Assembly (NCBI GenBank): GCA_020353555.1
Contig: CP070697.1
Coordinates: forward strand, 6,724,371 to 6,788,370
DNA: 64,000 nt
Origin: Desulfobacterales bacterium
Lineage (GTDB): Bacteria > Desulfobacterota > Desulfobacteria > Desulfobacterales > G020353555
Direction: 5' to 3'
This document shows, piece after piece, positions 9,237-18,248 of the stretch; position 1 is the first letter of the stretch, and every line of letters starts with the position of its first letter. Made by a program: the position numbers and the translations under genes. The notes under the pieces are model-generated. The model was given only the letters and a program-made list of their open reading frames with translations. It was not told the origin of the DNA and made no database searches.

Positions 9237-9935
9237 ATGGTGAACAAATTAATTGGGGTGCAAGACATCGCCAGCGGGACATTCGCACTGATTATGGTCG
9301 CTACCCTCGCAACGACCGTGTTGTTGCTTGCAGGTACCGCATGGGTGCCGCGGAGATGGAAGCTACCCCTCGCGCTATCGGGTATTGTGACGCTGGCTTC
9401 AGCGGCCCACTATCTGATTGCCACCAACGTGTGGCTTGCCACTGCTCAGATGACGATGATCTACCGCTATATCGGATGGTTCCTAACCGTTCCCCTGCAA
9501 GTGGTGACACTGTATTTCTTCGTTGGAGCGGTCGGCCCGGTGCCCGTCGGCGTATTTTGGCGTCTCCTGGTGGCCGCGGTGTTGATGGTGCTCTCCCGCT
9601 TCATGGGCGAGGCCGATCTAATGCATTCAGCGCTTGGCTTCTTAATCGGTCTTGTGACTTGGCTCTACATTCTCGGTGAGGCTTTCTTTGGTTGGATGAG
9701 CAAAAGAGTATTGCAGGCTGGCAGCGATCCTGTGCGCAAGGGGTTTTTCTGGTTGCGTCTGATAATAACGATAGGCTCGGGGATCTATCCCCTTTGCTAC
9801 TTCATTGCGAGTTTTACCGGCGACGTGGAAATCAGATATCTGATGGTTACTTACAACCTAGCCGATTTTGTTAACCAAATCGCTTTTGGGTTGATTATTT
9901 TGGCGGTAGGGATGAAGGAGAGCGTTTCCTTATGA
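9237..9935 (+). CDS. Type-1 (proteorhodopsin/xanthorhodopsin-clade) rhodopsin homologue lacking the retinal-binding lysine
   Basis: 7TM protein. Helix C is YRYIGWFLTVPLQ, helix D MVLSRFMGE, helix F GSGIYPLCY and helix G YNLADFVNQIAFGLII. Gln replaces the Schiff-base Lys (CAA 9876-9878) and Gly replaces the counterion Asp (GGA 9474-9476). Confidence 0.75.
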   Translation: MVNKLIGVQDIASGTFALIMVATLATTVLLLAGTAWVPRRWKLPLALSGIVTLASAAHYLIATNVWLATAQMTMIYRYIGWFLTVPLQVVTLYFFVGAVGPVPVGVFWRLLVAAVLMVLSRFMGEADLMHSALGFLIGLVTWLYILGEAFFGWMSKRVLQAGSDPVRKGFFWLRLIITIGSGIYPLCYFIASFTGDVEIRYLMVTYNLADFVNQIAFGLIILAVGMKESVSL

Positions 9936-10056
9936 TATGACGGTTACACACCGTCAGTGCTTCGACCCTGACAATCCTGTCGACGGCCGCAGCAAATGGG
10001 CGACGTGTCCGCCGAATACAAACATGGAATGTTTAATTTAATGGGAGGCCCGGACC

Positions 10057-11712
10057 ATGATTGGCGCAGACATCATTTCAATTATTATCTTGGTGGCGAT
10101 CATTATCGCAATCGTCGTTTACCTTTTGCACTGGTTGTATCGCCATTCGTCAAAGGATCTTTCATTCGTCCGCACCGGCTTGGGTGGAGAGAAGGTTGTC
10201 ATGGGCGGAGGAGCATTGGTGTTGCCCATCGTCCATGAGATTACCGAAGTCAGCATGAAGACCCTGCGCATCGAAATTCGGCGGGCAATGGAGAAATCGC
10301 TCATCACCAAAAATCGTATGCGCATCGAGGTGATTGTGGAGTTCTTCGTCCGCGTTATGCCAACGGCGGAAGCCGTTTCAGCCGCGGCGCGAACTGTGGG
10401 CAACCGCACGCTGGATCCCGAGGGGCTGAAGGAATTGGTTGAAGGCCGGTTTGTCGATGCCATGGGCGCGGTCGCGGCACGCATGACGATGGAGGAAATC
10501 CATGAAAACCGCAGCGAATACGTCACGGGCGTGAAGGATCTGGTTGCCGACACGCTTACTGCAAACGGTCTTGAACTCGAGGCGGTTTCACTGACCCGGC
10601 TCGACCAGGCGGATATCAAGCTGTTTAATCCGTCCAACGCCTTCGATGCCGAAGGTCTGACTCGGCTGACAGAGGAAATCCAAAGCCGCAAGAAAAAGCG
10701 CAATGCCATCGAGCAAGATACCGACATCGCGATCCGATCAAAGAATCTGGATTCGGAGAAGCTGGCGCTAAAGATCGGCCAGGACAGCGAATACGCCCGT
10801 TTGGACCAAGAGCGCGAAATTGCCATGCGCCGCGCACAACAACGGGCGGAAATCGAGCGGGAAAAGACTGATCGCGAGCGGGAAATCCAGGAGGCCCAGA
10901 TAACGTCCCAAGAGCAGATCGAAAAGGCGCGCTTCCAGCTCGAGCGTCTGGTCGACGCCGAACGCATCCGGCGACAGCAGGAATCCGAAAGTCTTGAAAT
11001 CAGGCGGCGCGAAAGACTGGAGTTAGAGGAACAAGAACGCGCCATCGCCGTCGCGCTCAAGTCAAAGGAAAAGTCGGAGGCACAAACGGCGGCCGAAGAA
11101 GCGCGCAGCGCGACCGTTAAAGCTCAGGAAAAGGTAATTACTTTGCGCGAAACGGAAATTGCCGAACGTCGAAAGCATATCGAACTGGTAGAAGCTTCAC
11201 AGCAGGCGGAACGCGAAGCCATCAAGATCAAAACGAGGGCGGCGGCGGAGTTGGTCGCTGCCGGCGATCGGGCCCAAGCCGAAATTACGGCCGCCAATGC
11301 TTCTCAGCATCGCTATGCAATCGACGCTGAAGGCAGACGCAAGCTGAACGATGCGGAGAATATGCGTTCCGATGCCAGTCGACGCAGCGCTTTGCAGGAG
11401 GAGCTCCTTAACCGCATACCGTCAATCGTTCGTGAGAGTGTGAAACCGATGGAAAATATTGAGTCCATCAAGATCCTTCAGGTCGATGGCTTGCCGGGGT
11501 TAAGCGGCATGTCCACCGGCGGTAACGGCAACGAAAACAATGGCAAGTCCGAGGGTGGCGGCCCGCGCTCCGGCAGCTTGGCAGACAACGTGGTGAACTC
11601 AGCACTTCGCTATCGCACCCAGATCCCCTTCGTCGAAGGACTCCTGCGCGAGATCGGCATGCCCATTAGTCCCTCGAGTGGCGGGGGGGCTAACGATCTT
11701 TCCCGTCGGTGA
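10057..11712 (+). CDS. Flotillin-like SPFH/band-7 protein (YqiK family)
   Basis: N-terminal TM segment, an SPFH core (FVRTGLGGEKVV..LRIEI..RIEVIVEFFVRV) and a long Glu/Arg/Ala-rich coiled coil. Confidence 0.85.
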   Translation: MIGADIISIIILVAIIIAIVVYLLHWLYRHSSKDLSFVRTGLGGEKVVMGGGALVLPIVHEITEVSMKTLRIEIRRAMEKSLITKNRMRIEVIVEFFVRVMPTAEAVSAAARTVGNRTLDPEGLKELVEGRFVDAMGAVAARMTMEEIHENRSEYVTGVKDLVADTLTANGLELEAVSLTRLDQADIKLFNPSNAFDAEGLTRLTEEIQSRKKKRNAIEQDTDIAIRSKNLDSEKLALKIGQDSEYARLDQEREIAMRRAQQRAEIEREKTDREREIQEAQITSQEQIEKARFQLERLVDAERIRRQQESESLEIRRRERLELEEQERAIAVALKSKEKSEAQTAAEEARSATVKAQEKVITLRETEIAERRKHIELVEASQQAEREAIKIKTRAAAELVAAGDRAQAEITAANASQHRYAIDAEGRRKLNDAENMRSDASRRSALQEELLNRIPSIVRESVKPMENIESIKILQVDGLPGLSGMSTGGNGNENNGKSEGGGPRSGSLADNVVNSALRYRTQIPFVEGLLREIGMPISPSSGGGANDLSRR

Positions 11713-11775
11713 AGACGCTCTGCCAACGGTCTCCGACAAATCCGAATCATCTAAAGATAGGAAGAACCGTCGCAA

Positions 11776-12186
11776 ATGAACGCATCCCATCAGAGCGAGC
11801 ATAAACTAGCGGTTACGACGGACTGGGCGTTCTTCGGCTCCTTCGGACTGTGCTTTGTTTTGTCCGGGTTCAACACCGGGAATCTGGCCCCGGGCTTATT
11901 CGGGTTCACATTGGTGATCTTTGGTTTTGTTGCCCACGTCATCATCAATCACGTCTTCGACACGCGTTTCTCGGACGGTCAAGTCGCCTTGGGATTTGGT
12001 GTGTACGCGGTTTCATTGCTGATTTTTGTCGTGCGTTGGATTGTGGTGCCGCATTTCAGTTTCGTCAATATCACTATCGGACTATGCGGCTTCACAGCGC
12101 TTTTTGCGTGCTTCGTCTTCTACATGGTCGCGACCCATGGGGTGCGGGGGTCGATCGAGCTGTTGGACGTGCTTCGTAAGCTCTAA
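11776..12186 (+). CDS. Small integral membrane protein (about 4 TM), unknown function
   Basis: 136-aa hydrophobic ORF in operon position between the flotillin and the symporter. No motif recognised. Confidence 0.5.
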   Translation: MNASHQSEHKLAVTTDWAFFGSFGLCFVLSGFNTGNLAPGLFGFTLVIFGFVAHVIINHVFDTRFSDGQVALGFGVYAVSLLIFVVRWIVVPHFSFVNITIGLCGFTALFACFVFYMVATHGVRGSIELLDVLRKL

Positions 12187-12247
12187 GCCTATGAAGCGCC
12201 GGTGAGCCGAAATTGCACTGGCGGAACTATCAACAGGAGAAAACGTT

Positions 12248-14224
12248 TTGCCTGATCGCATGACGTGGTTGTATGCCTTTCTCGCCTTCTATGCCGTCTA
12301 TTGCCTTTATTGGGGTGTTACGAGTAGCCGTGGATCGAAGACGGCCGACGACTTTTTCCTCGCTAACCGACAGATCCCCGCGTGGGTCTTCGTATTGACG
12401 GGCACCGCCCTCTCTTTGAGCGGGTGGATTTTCATGGGCCACCCGTCGATGGTATTTCTGGATGGATTTCAATACGCTCAATGTGCCTTAGGTGCCGTGG
12501 TCATCCCTCTGGGGGGGATTCTGTTTCTGAAGCGGCAGTGGCTGCTGGGAAAACGTTTTGGTTATGTGACGCCCGGCCAGATGCTTGCCGCCTATTTTTC
12601 CGGCGAGTCAATTCGCATTGTGGTGGTGTTGATCGCCTTGATGTTCGCAATTCCTTTTGTTGGAATACAGCTTGCGGCTTCCGGCCAACTCATCGCCAGC
12701 TTGACCGACGGCAGGGTCGATCGTCACGCCGCGATGTGGATTCTGAGCTTCAGCGTATTTCTTTATGCCTGCATTGGTGGCATGCGTGCGGTGACCAGTG
12801 TCGGCGCGCTCCAGTCCATGCTGATGGTCGGGGGCATGGTTGCCGTCAGTTGCGTCGCCTACATCGAGCTGGGTGGTTTCGGCGCTCTCAACGAGGCGCT
12901 AGCTAACCTTGGCACGTCACTGAACGTCTCTGCAACGAATTTCTTCGTTATTCCTGGGGTGATTCAATTTACGGAAGGTCTCGGCAAAGAGATGCCCGTC
13001 GGCGGCATCTGGACGGCTTCGATGATTCTCACCTATGGTTTCGCCCTGATGGGGATGCAAACGTCACCTGCATTTAGTATGCTGGGGTTCGGCTGCCGTG
13101 ACCCCAAAGGCTTTGCCGCGCAACAAGTCTGGGTCTTAGGGGGCGTGATCGGCATGGTTCTGCTTTTTTTCGCGGCGATCCAGGGCATAGGGGCGCACTT
13201 CTTGGGCGCCTCTAAGGAAATCACCGAGGCTGGACTGGCGCTGTCCGCTGTGTTGCCTGAGCAGGAGGCTGGAAAATACACGAATCTGACGGTGAGCTAC
13301 ATCAAGTTAGTCGCTGCGGAAAACCCTTGGTTCATGGCGCTGTTCGCAATATGCGCGCTATCGGCAATCCAGGTCGCCGCCGCCGCCTTTGCATCGACAA
13401 CCGCAACCATCTTTTCCGTAGATATCTACAAGCGCTTCATGCACCCAACGGCCGATGATCGGATGCTGAAGCTTTGCGCAAGGATCACGCTGATGTTGAT
13501 CTTCTTGATTGCGCTGCTTTTGGCCACCTTCACCCCCGTGGCCCAGGCCCATCTCGGTATGCTCGCTCCCGCCTTCGCCGTGCAGTTATGGCCCTCCCTT
13601 GCAGGGGTTTGCTGGTTTCCTTGGATTACTCGGCAGGGGGCCACGCTGGGTTTGATCGCGGGTTTGGTGGCAGTCATGCTCGTGGATCCCGTCGGCGGCT
13701 CAATCACCCGATTCCTTGGTTTGGATCTGCCTTGGGGGTACTGGCCCTGGACGATCTACTCCGCGGGGTGGGGCATCTTGTGCAACGTTCTGGTCTGCGC
13801 AGTGGTTTCTTTGGCCACCCGCGGCGGAGAGGATCGTCAGCACCGCGCGAACTATCACCGGTTCCTCCAAGAACACGCCGGGCTCACAGCGGAAAAGCAC
13901 ATCATGCGACCCGCTGTGTGGGCCTTGACCCTGGCATGGCTGTTTTTTGCAATTGGTCCGGGCGCAATTATTGGCAACGATTTTTTCGGTGCTCCGAATG
14001 GGGGCCTCTCGGCTTGGAAACTGGGAATGCCCTCGCTATGGGGATGGCAGATTATTTGGTGGGCCTTGGGTATTTTGGTGATCTGGTGGCTGGCCTACCG
14101 AATGGAGTTGTCCACGCTGCCTCGGACGCAGGTTGCGGAAGGAGGCCCAGCGTTAAGCACTGGGCGCAGGGTGGGGAGAAAAACGCCGCTTTGGATCAAG
14201 AATTTTTTGAGACGTGTCTCTTGA
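12248..14224 (+). CDS. Sodium:solute symporter (SSS) family transporter
   Basis: 658 aa with about 13-14 TM segments. The N-terminal pattern YWGV..ADDFFLANRQIPAWV is typical of SSS. The TTG start lies 7 nt after GGAGA; an alternative ATG is at 12260. Confidence 0.85.
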   Translation: MPDRMTWLYAFLAFYAVYCLYWGVTSSRGSKTADDFFLANRQIPAWVFVLTGTALSLSGWIFMGHPSMVFLDGFQYAQCALGAVVIPLGGILFLKRQWLLGKRFGYVTPGQMLAAYFSGESIRIVVVLIALMFAIPFVGIQLAASGQLIASLTDGRVDRHAAMWILSFSVFLYACIGGMRAVTSVGALQSMLMVGGMVAVSCVAYIELGGFGALNEALANLGTSLNVSATNFFVIPGVIQFTEGLGKEMPVGGIWTASMILTYGFALMGMQTSPAFSMLGFGCRDPKGFAAQQVWVLGGVIGMVLLFFAAIQGIGAHFLGASKEITEAGLALSAVLPEQEAGKYTNLTVSYIKLVAAENPWFMALFAICALSAIQVAAAAFASTTATIFSVDIYKRFMHPTADDRMLKLCARITLMLIFLIALLLATFTPVAQAHLGMLAPAFAVQLWPSLAGVCWFPWITRQGATLGLIAGLVAVMLVDPVGGSITRFLGLDLPWGYWPWTIYSAGWGILCNVLVCAVVSLATRGGEDRQHRANYHRFLQEHAGLTAEKHIMRPAVWALTLAWLFFAIGPGAIIGNDFFGAPNGGLSAWKLGMPSLWGWQIIWWALGILVIWWLAYRMELSTLPRTQVAEGGPALSTGRRVGRKTPLWIKNFLRRVS

Positions 14225-14324
14225 TGTCACCCCTCTTTCGCGCTCAGCCTCGCGGCCAATGGGCTCCGTTTTTCTTGGGGCGAAACGGTTGACTGCCTGG
14301 CCGGGCCGGCGGCGTAGAGGCCCT

Positions 14325-16139
14325 ATGACCGTGATCCCCCTCATGGCGGTTTTGGCCTTCATGCAAAGAAGAGGCTTCATCAGGATCAGACAGGAAGTGC
14401 TGGCGGCGCTTTTTTTCTGGGCGCTGGTCTCCGATGCGACCTCTCAGCCACCGCAGAAACAGGTGGACGAATACAACGCCCAAACCCCCAAGACGGTCAT
14501 CGAACTACAGCAGTTTCGGAAAACCTCCTCTATAGCCATCCGCAAAAGCACAGGCCCGGAGGGTACGGGCACCCTCATAAACCTGAACCCGAGGATAAAT
14601 ACCTGGTATCTCCTCCTCCTCCAGTGGCGAGAAAGCGATGGAGTGGAGGCCTACCATCTGGAAAATCCGGCGCCCGCAACTCAAACGCTCCTCCTCGACC
14701 CCGACTATCCCGCGGGGATCGTGATTCATTCCCCCAAAGAGACCCACCGCTGTGACCTGTGGTCTGTCTCCTCCGGGTCCGACCTGGCCGGGGCCGCCGA
14801 CTCGGGTCGGACCTATGCCCCCCTTTGCGGGGAAAGGCTGTTGCTCCGCAACAAGACCGAGGGGCACAAGACGACACTGGAGAAGGTGACCGATCTGCTC
14901 CGGAACCATGTTTGGCAAGGGGAGAAAATCACGACCTTCGTGAGGGAAAAATTCTACCAGGACGCTTTTCTCAATACCTCTGAGAATATCGAGGCCCCCA
15001 AACCTTCGACCGGGGCGCGGCCGTGCCCCCCCGGTGCCCCTGCGCGCCCGCTGACCGGCGCACGCTATGCCTATCACTTCCTGCTCGCCCAGGAATTGGG
15101 CATCGATCTTGAATCGGATACGGGGGAAAAGGTTCTGGTCGGCCGCTGGTATAGCGCCAGAGGGCTCCCCGGTGTCTTCGTGAGCGTGATCAAACCCAGC
15201 CTCGTGGCTGAGGAGATTGTCGAGCGCCAGAAAAAGCAGGTCAACCCCCTCGATGAGGTTGAATCCAATGCCCTGGTATACATGGTCGCCTTCGACCTTG
15301 ACATGGTGGATCTGGGGTTCGAGATGGGCACGGAGCATCCCCGGGTGGATTGGTCGGCTCGGGTTCTGGATCAGACGCGTGACAAGACCCTCCCCGGACC
15401 GGACGGGATCGGGACCCTGGAGCCCCTCGTCATGACCGGGCTGCTGAGTCCCGCCCGCCGGGAGCGGATCGCCGCGACCTTTGTAGGAGGATTCAAGCGT
15501 TATCCCGGGGCCTTTCGGTGGTCTGGTCTGGCCCTCAAGAACCATGGAAGCCATTACGGGTTCATCGAGCACGGGACGGTTCTCAGCAAGCTTCAACCGG
15601 GGCTGGCCACCGTTGCAGTTTTTGAGGACGGGACCATCGATCTCAAAACGTGGACCGAAAGGGACAATGCCGACCTCGCAAAGATTCGCCATGCCCGCCA
15701 GAATGGGGTCCCCATTATTGAATACGATCCAGGGAGCGAAAATTCCAGGGTGGGGGTCATGGTGCCCCGCTGGGGTCAGGGGAACTGGTCGGGTTCCGCA
15801 GACAAGCGGTTTCGCACCTTAAGAGCCGGCCTGGGCCTGCAGACGTACGAGGACCGCCGGTTTTTGATCTACGGCTATTTCTCCGCCGCCACGCCCTCGG
15901 CCATGGCCCGGGTCTTCCAGGCCTACCAATGCCGGTATGCCCTGCTCCTGGATATCAATGCCCTGGAACACACCTACCTGGCGGTTTACAGGCACCAGGA
16001 TTCGGAATTGTCCACCCGACACCTGATCAAGGGGATGAGCGTGCTGGACAAGACCAAAGGGGGCCAGGTGATCCCGCGTTTCGTCGGTTACCCGGACAAC
16101 CGCGATTTCTTCTACCTTGTGAGAAAGGCTAATCCATGA
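14325..16139 (+). CDS. Secreted/membrane-anchored hypothetical protein (~604 aa)
   Basis: Long ORF with coding-like composition and a hydrophobic N-terminus after the ATG at 14325. It is translationally coupled (ATGA overlap) to the next gene. The C-terminal region faintly resembles phosphodiester-glycosidase-like domains, but this is not secure. Confidence 0.5.
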   Translation: MTVIPLMAVLAFMQRRGFIRIRQEVLAALFFWALVSDATSQPPQKQVDEYNAQTPKTVIELQQFRKTSSIAIRKSTGPEGTGTLINLNPRINTWYLLLLQWRESDGVEAYHLENPAPATQTLLLDPDYPAGIVIHSPKETHRCDLWSVSSGSDLAGAADSGRTYAPLCGERLLLRNKTEGHKTTLEKVTDLLRNHVWQGEKITTFVREKFYQDAFLNTSENIEAPKPSTGARPCPPGAPARPLTGARYAYHFLLAQELGIDLESDTGEKVLVGRWYSARGLPGVFVSVIKPSLVAEEIVERQKKQVNPLDEVESNALVYMVAFDLDMVDLGFEMGTEHPRVDWSARVLDQTRDKTLPGPDGIGTLEPLVMTGLLSPARRERIAATFVGGFKRYPGAFRWSGLALKNHGSHYGFIEHGTVLSKLQPGLATVAVFEDGTIDLKTWTERDNADLAKIRHARQNGVPIIEYDPGSENSRVGVMVPRWGQGNWSGSADKRFRTLRAGLGLQTYEDRRFLIYGYFSAATPSAMARVFQAYQCRYALLLDINALEHTYLAVYRHQDSELSTRHLIKGMSVLDKTKGGQVIPRFVGYPDNRDFFYLVRKANP

Positions 16140-17170
16140 AGCCCTGTTTTGTCGCACTTCAACTCATTATCCTCCTGGCTATCTTGGCCGGGCAGGCCTC
16201 CTCCCAGGATCTCAACGCCCTGGCCCGGCAAAACGAGGTCCTTTTTCGTCAACTCCAGGCCGCTCGCAATTTGACGGAAGCACAGATGATTAGGGTCCGC
16301 GCCATCTTCGCCGGATCGGGCTATATGGGTCAGGGGAATCCTGCCATCACCAAACATCCCGTCACGGCGGCGCAGTGTGAAGAAAAAATTGCAGGAGAAA
16401 GCCTCCACGATGGAAACCCCTTCTTCGAAAGCATATGCGGGGCCAAATACATGGCGCCCCTCTACAATCCTGCGGCGGAAAAGCCGGACGAGGCCGGCGC
16501 CTGTATCGATCAGTTCGAGTTCCCCGACATCCCCTGCGCCTATCCGGTCGTCTGGGTGCGGGCCCGGGAAGCGGCGGAGCTCTGTGAAGCGGTAGGCAAG
16601 CGCCTATGCGATGCCCATGAATGGGAGGGGGCCTGCGCCGGCGTCCTCGAGGAACCGGACTACCGGTTTGACCTGGCGGTAGGGAGAAGCCCCGCGGCGG
16701 CGATCCGCCTCATGCAGCAGGCACACAATCAAAATTACCGCGCGAGCAAGTCCTGGAGCTACGGCGACGCTTACCGCGAGGGCATTTGCGCCGGTGCCAG
16801 TTCCAAGACCTCCGGATGCACCGGAGGCAGCTGGTCGGGTTGCGGATCCAACACCTTACCGGCGGGCTTCTTTCCCCAGTGCCGCAGTCCGCTGATGGTC
16901 TACGACCTCCATGGCAATGCCGCCGAGCACATGAACCTGCCCCTCAATGAAAACCAAATGGCCAGCCGGGGCCACCGGGAGTACGGGTATACCGAGATGA
17001 AGGGCAGCTGGTTTATCTTCGATAGTTACAGGGCGCATGAAGATTGGTGCCGGTGGCGCGCGCCCTTCTGGCACGGAAGCCGGGTGATGGACAAAAAGAG
17101 TCACCACAACTACCATCTCGGCTTTCGTTGTTGCAAGAGCCTAGCGCGGGGGAACCCCCAATCGCGGTAA
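16136..17170 (+). CDS. FGE-sulfatase (SUMF1/formylglycine-generating-enzyme-like) domain protein, secreted
   Basis: Signal peptide present. It carries YDLHGNAAEH (cf. the D-x-HGN-x-EW motif) and the terminal HLGFRCC, which is typical of the FGE-sulfatase fold. Confidence 0.75.
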   Translation: MKPCFVALQLIILLAILAGQASSQDLNALARQNEVLFRQLQAARNLTEAQMIRVRAIFAGSGYMGQGNPAITKHPVTAAQCEEKIAGESLHDGNPFFESICGAKYMAPLYNPAAEKPDEAGACIDQFEFPDIPCAYPVVWVRAREAAELCEAVGKRLCDAHEWEGACAGVLEEPDYRFDLAVGRSPAAAIRLMQQAHNQNYRASKSWSYGDAYREGICAGASSKTSGCTGGSWSGCGSNTLPAGFFPQCRSPLMVYDLHGNAAEHMNLPLNENQMASRGHREYGYTEMKGSWFIFDSYRAHEDWCRWRAPFWHGSRVMDKKSHHNYHLGFRCCKSLARGNPQSR

Positions 17171-17361
17171 ATGGATATCTTCGGCCGAGCTATACCGGGA
17201 GGGCCGCCGTCCTACTTTCGACGCAGCATCCTGCGCGGCCTTGCGATGTGGCCTTCATGGGTGAGAACGGGGGCGCAGCGGGGGTCCTGGAGGATTTCCA
17301 GGATCGAACGGGGTTCCCCGTTGATCCAGACCGTGTTGTAGATCAGGCGCACGCCGTGGCT

Positions 17362-18129
17362 TTAATCCGCATAACGCTCCCCGTGCACGGTACTGAGCGG
17401 CTGGATGGGTGCCCCATTTTTCCGGTGCCACCCGTAAATAGCAATTCGGCCGGGCTTCGCATTCAGGCGGTTGGTGAGAACGATGTCCTTCTTGTGGCCG
17501 GCCACGAGTTCCCCGAGGGCGCAACCCGCCTCTTTTCGTTGGGCCCGAATCATTTCCCGGTGTTTCAGGTAATATTCGCTCGACCGCATCTTCGGACCGG
17601 GGGGCAAGGGGTCCGGTTCCAGATGGCAGGTGGCCTGTTTATAGATGGCGTCCACCATTTTGCGGGTAGGCAGGACGCAATCGAAGGCTTGGGCCGCCGC
17701 CACCGCCGAGGGATAAGACAGGGGAATCCGCAGGAAATCTTCGTCCGACCCAATGGCCAAATAGTCCGGCGTGACCCAGATGAGGGCCGTGATCGTTTTG
17801 CCCTGGGGCGACCTGTAGGACAGGTGGACAGGCTTGAGCTTTCTTAGAAAGTCAGGAACATTTCCGCGGAGAAGCTCATCTAACGCCCTCGTCTGCCGTT
17901 CTCGGCCGGTCATACCGGTGGTTTGCCTGCCGAATTGGACGCCCGTGATCGCGTCCCGGGGACGTTGCGGGATGTTTTGGAGAAACAGCGATTCGGGCAG
18001 CGATCGAGCCGCAGGTTCTGTCGCGCCGGCGGGGGACAACAAACCCTGCAAGCAACAGATCAGGTACACAAGGCGGCGGATCGCTGAAGAGACCGAAAAG
18101 ATATCAGAGGATCGCTTAGGCATTGCCAA
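17362..18129 (-). CDS. Secreted hypothetical protein. The ORF ends at an in-frame TAA, and the same frame continues coding-like for 49 more codons to 17212
   Basis: 255-aa ORF with a signal-like N-terminus. Downstream of TAA (17364-17362) the same frame reads SHGVRLIYNTVWINGEPRSILEILQDPRCAPVLTHEGHIARPRRMLRRK and stops at 17214-17212. Confidence 0.6.
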   Translation of the reverse strand: MAMPKRSSDIFSVSSAIRRLVYLICCLQGLLSPAGATEPAARSLPESLFLQNIPQRPRDAITGVQFGRQTTGMTGRERQTRALDELLRGNVPDFLRKLKPVHLSYRSPQGKTITALIWVTPDYLAIGSDEDFLRIPLSYPSAVAAAQAFDCVLPTRKMVDAIYKQATCHLEPDPLPPGPKMRSSEYYLKHREMIRAQRKEAGCALGELVAGHKKDIVLTNRLNAKPGRIAIYGWHRKNGAPIQPLSTVHGERYAD

Positions 18130-18248
18130 CGCCGTTCATGCATGCACTTCCGCTAAAATAAAAGGGCTCAGACCTCTCCCGCACCATTTTGGATCTCACC
18201 GGTATTTCGCGCTGCGCCTCGCGGCGAATCGGCCCCATTTTTTTCGCG

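Noticed and set aside
10119-11060. 313-aa minus-strand ORF inside the flotillin gene
   Set aside because: It is antisense to a well-supported SPFH/coiled-coil CDS. The product is extremely Ser/Arg-rich and low in complexity, which is the mirror image of the Glu/Arg/Ala-rich coiled coil. It is a shadow ORF.
14505-15692. 395-aa minus-strand ORF
   Set aside because: It is antisense to the 14325-16139 ORF. Its Gly/Pro/Arg-rich composition is typical of a non-coding frame in GC-rich DNA, and the plus-strand gene is translationally coupled to its neighbour.
17044-17847. 267-aa plus-strand ORF
   Set aside because: It overlaps the end of the FGE gene and is antisense to the 17212-18129 gene. It has no RBS and an Arg/Gly/Pro-rich composition.
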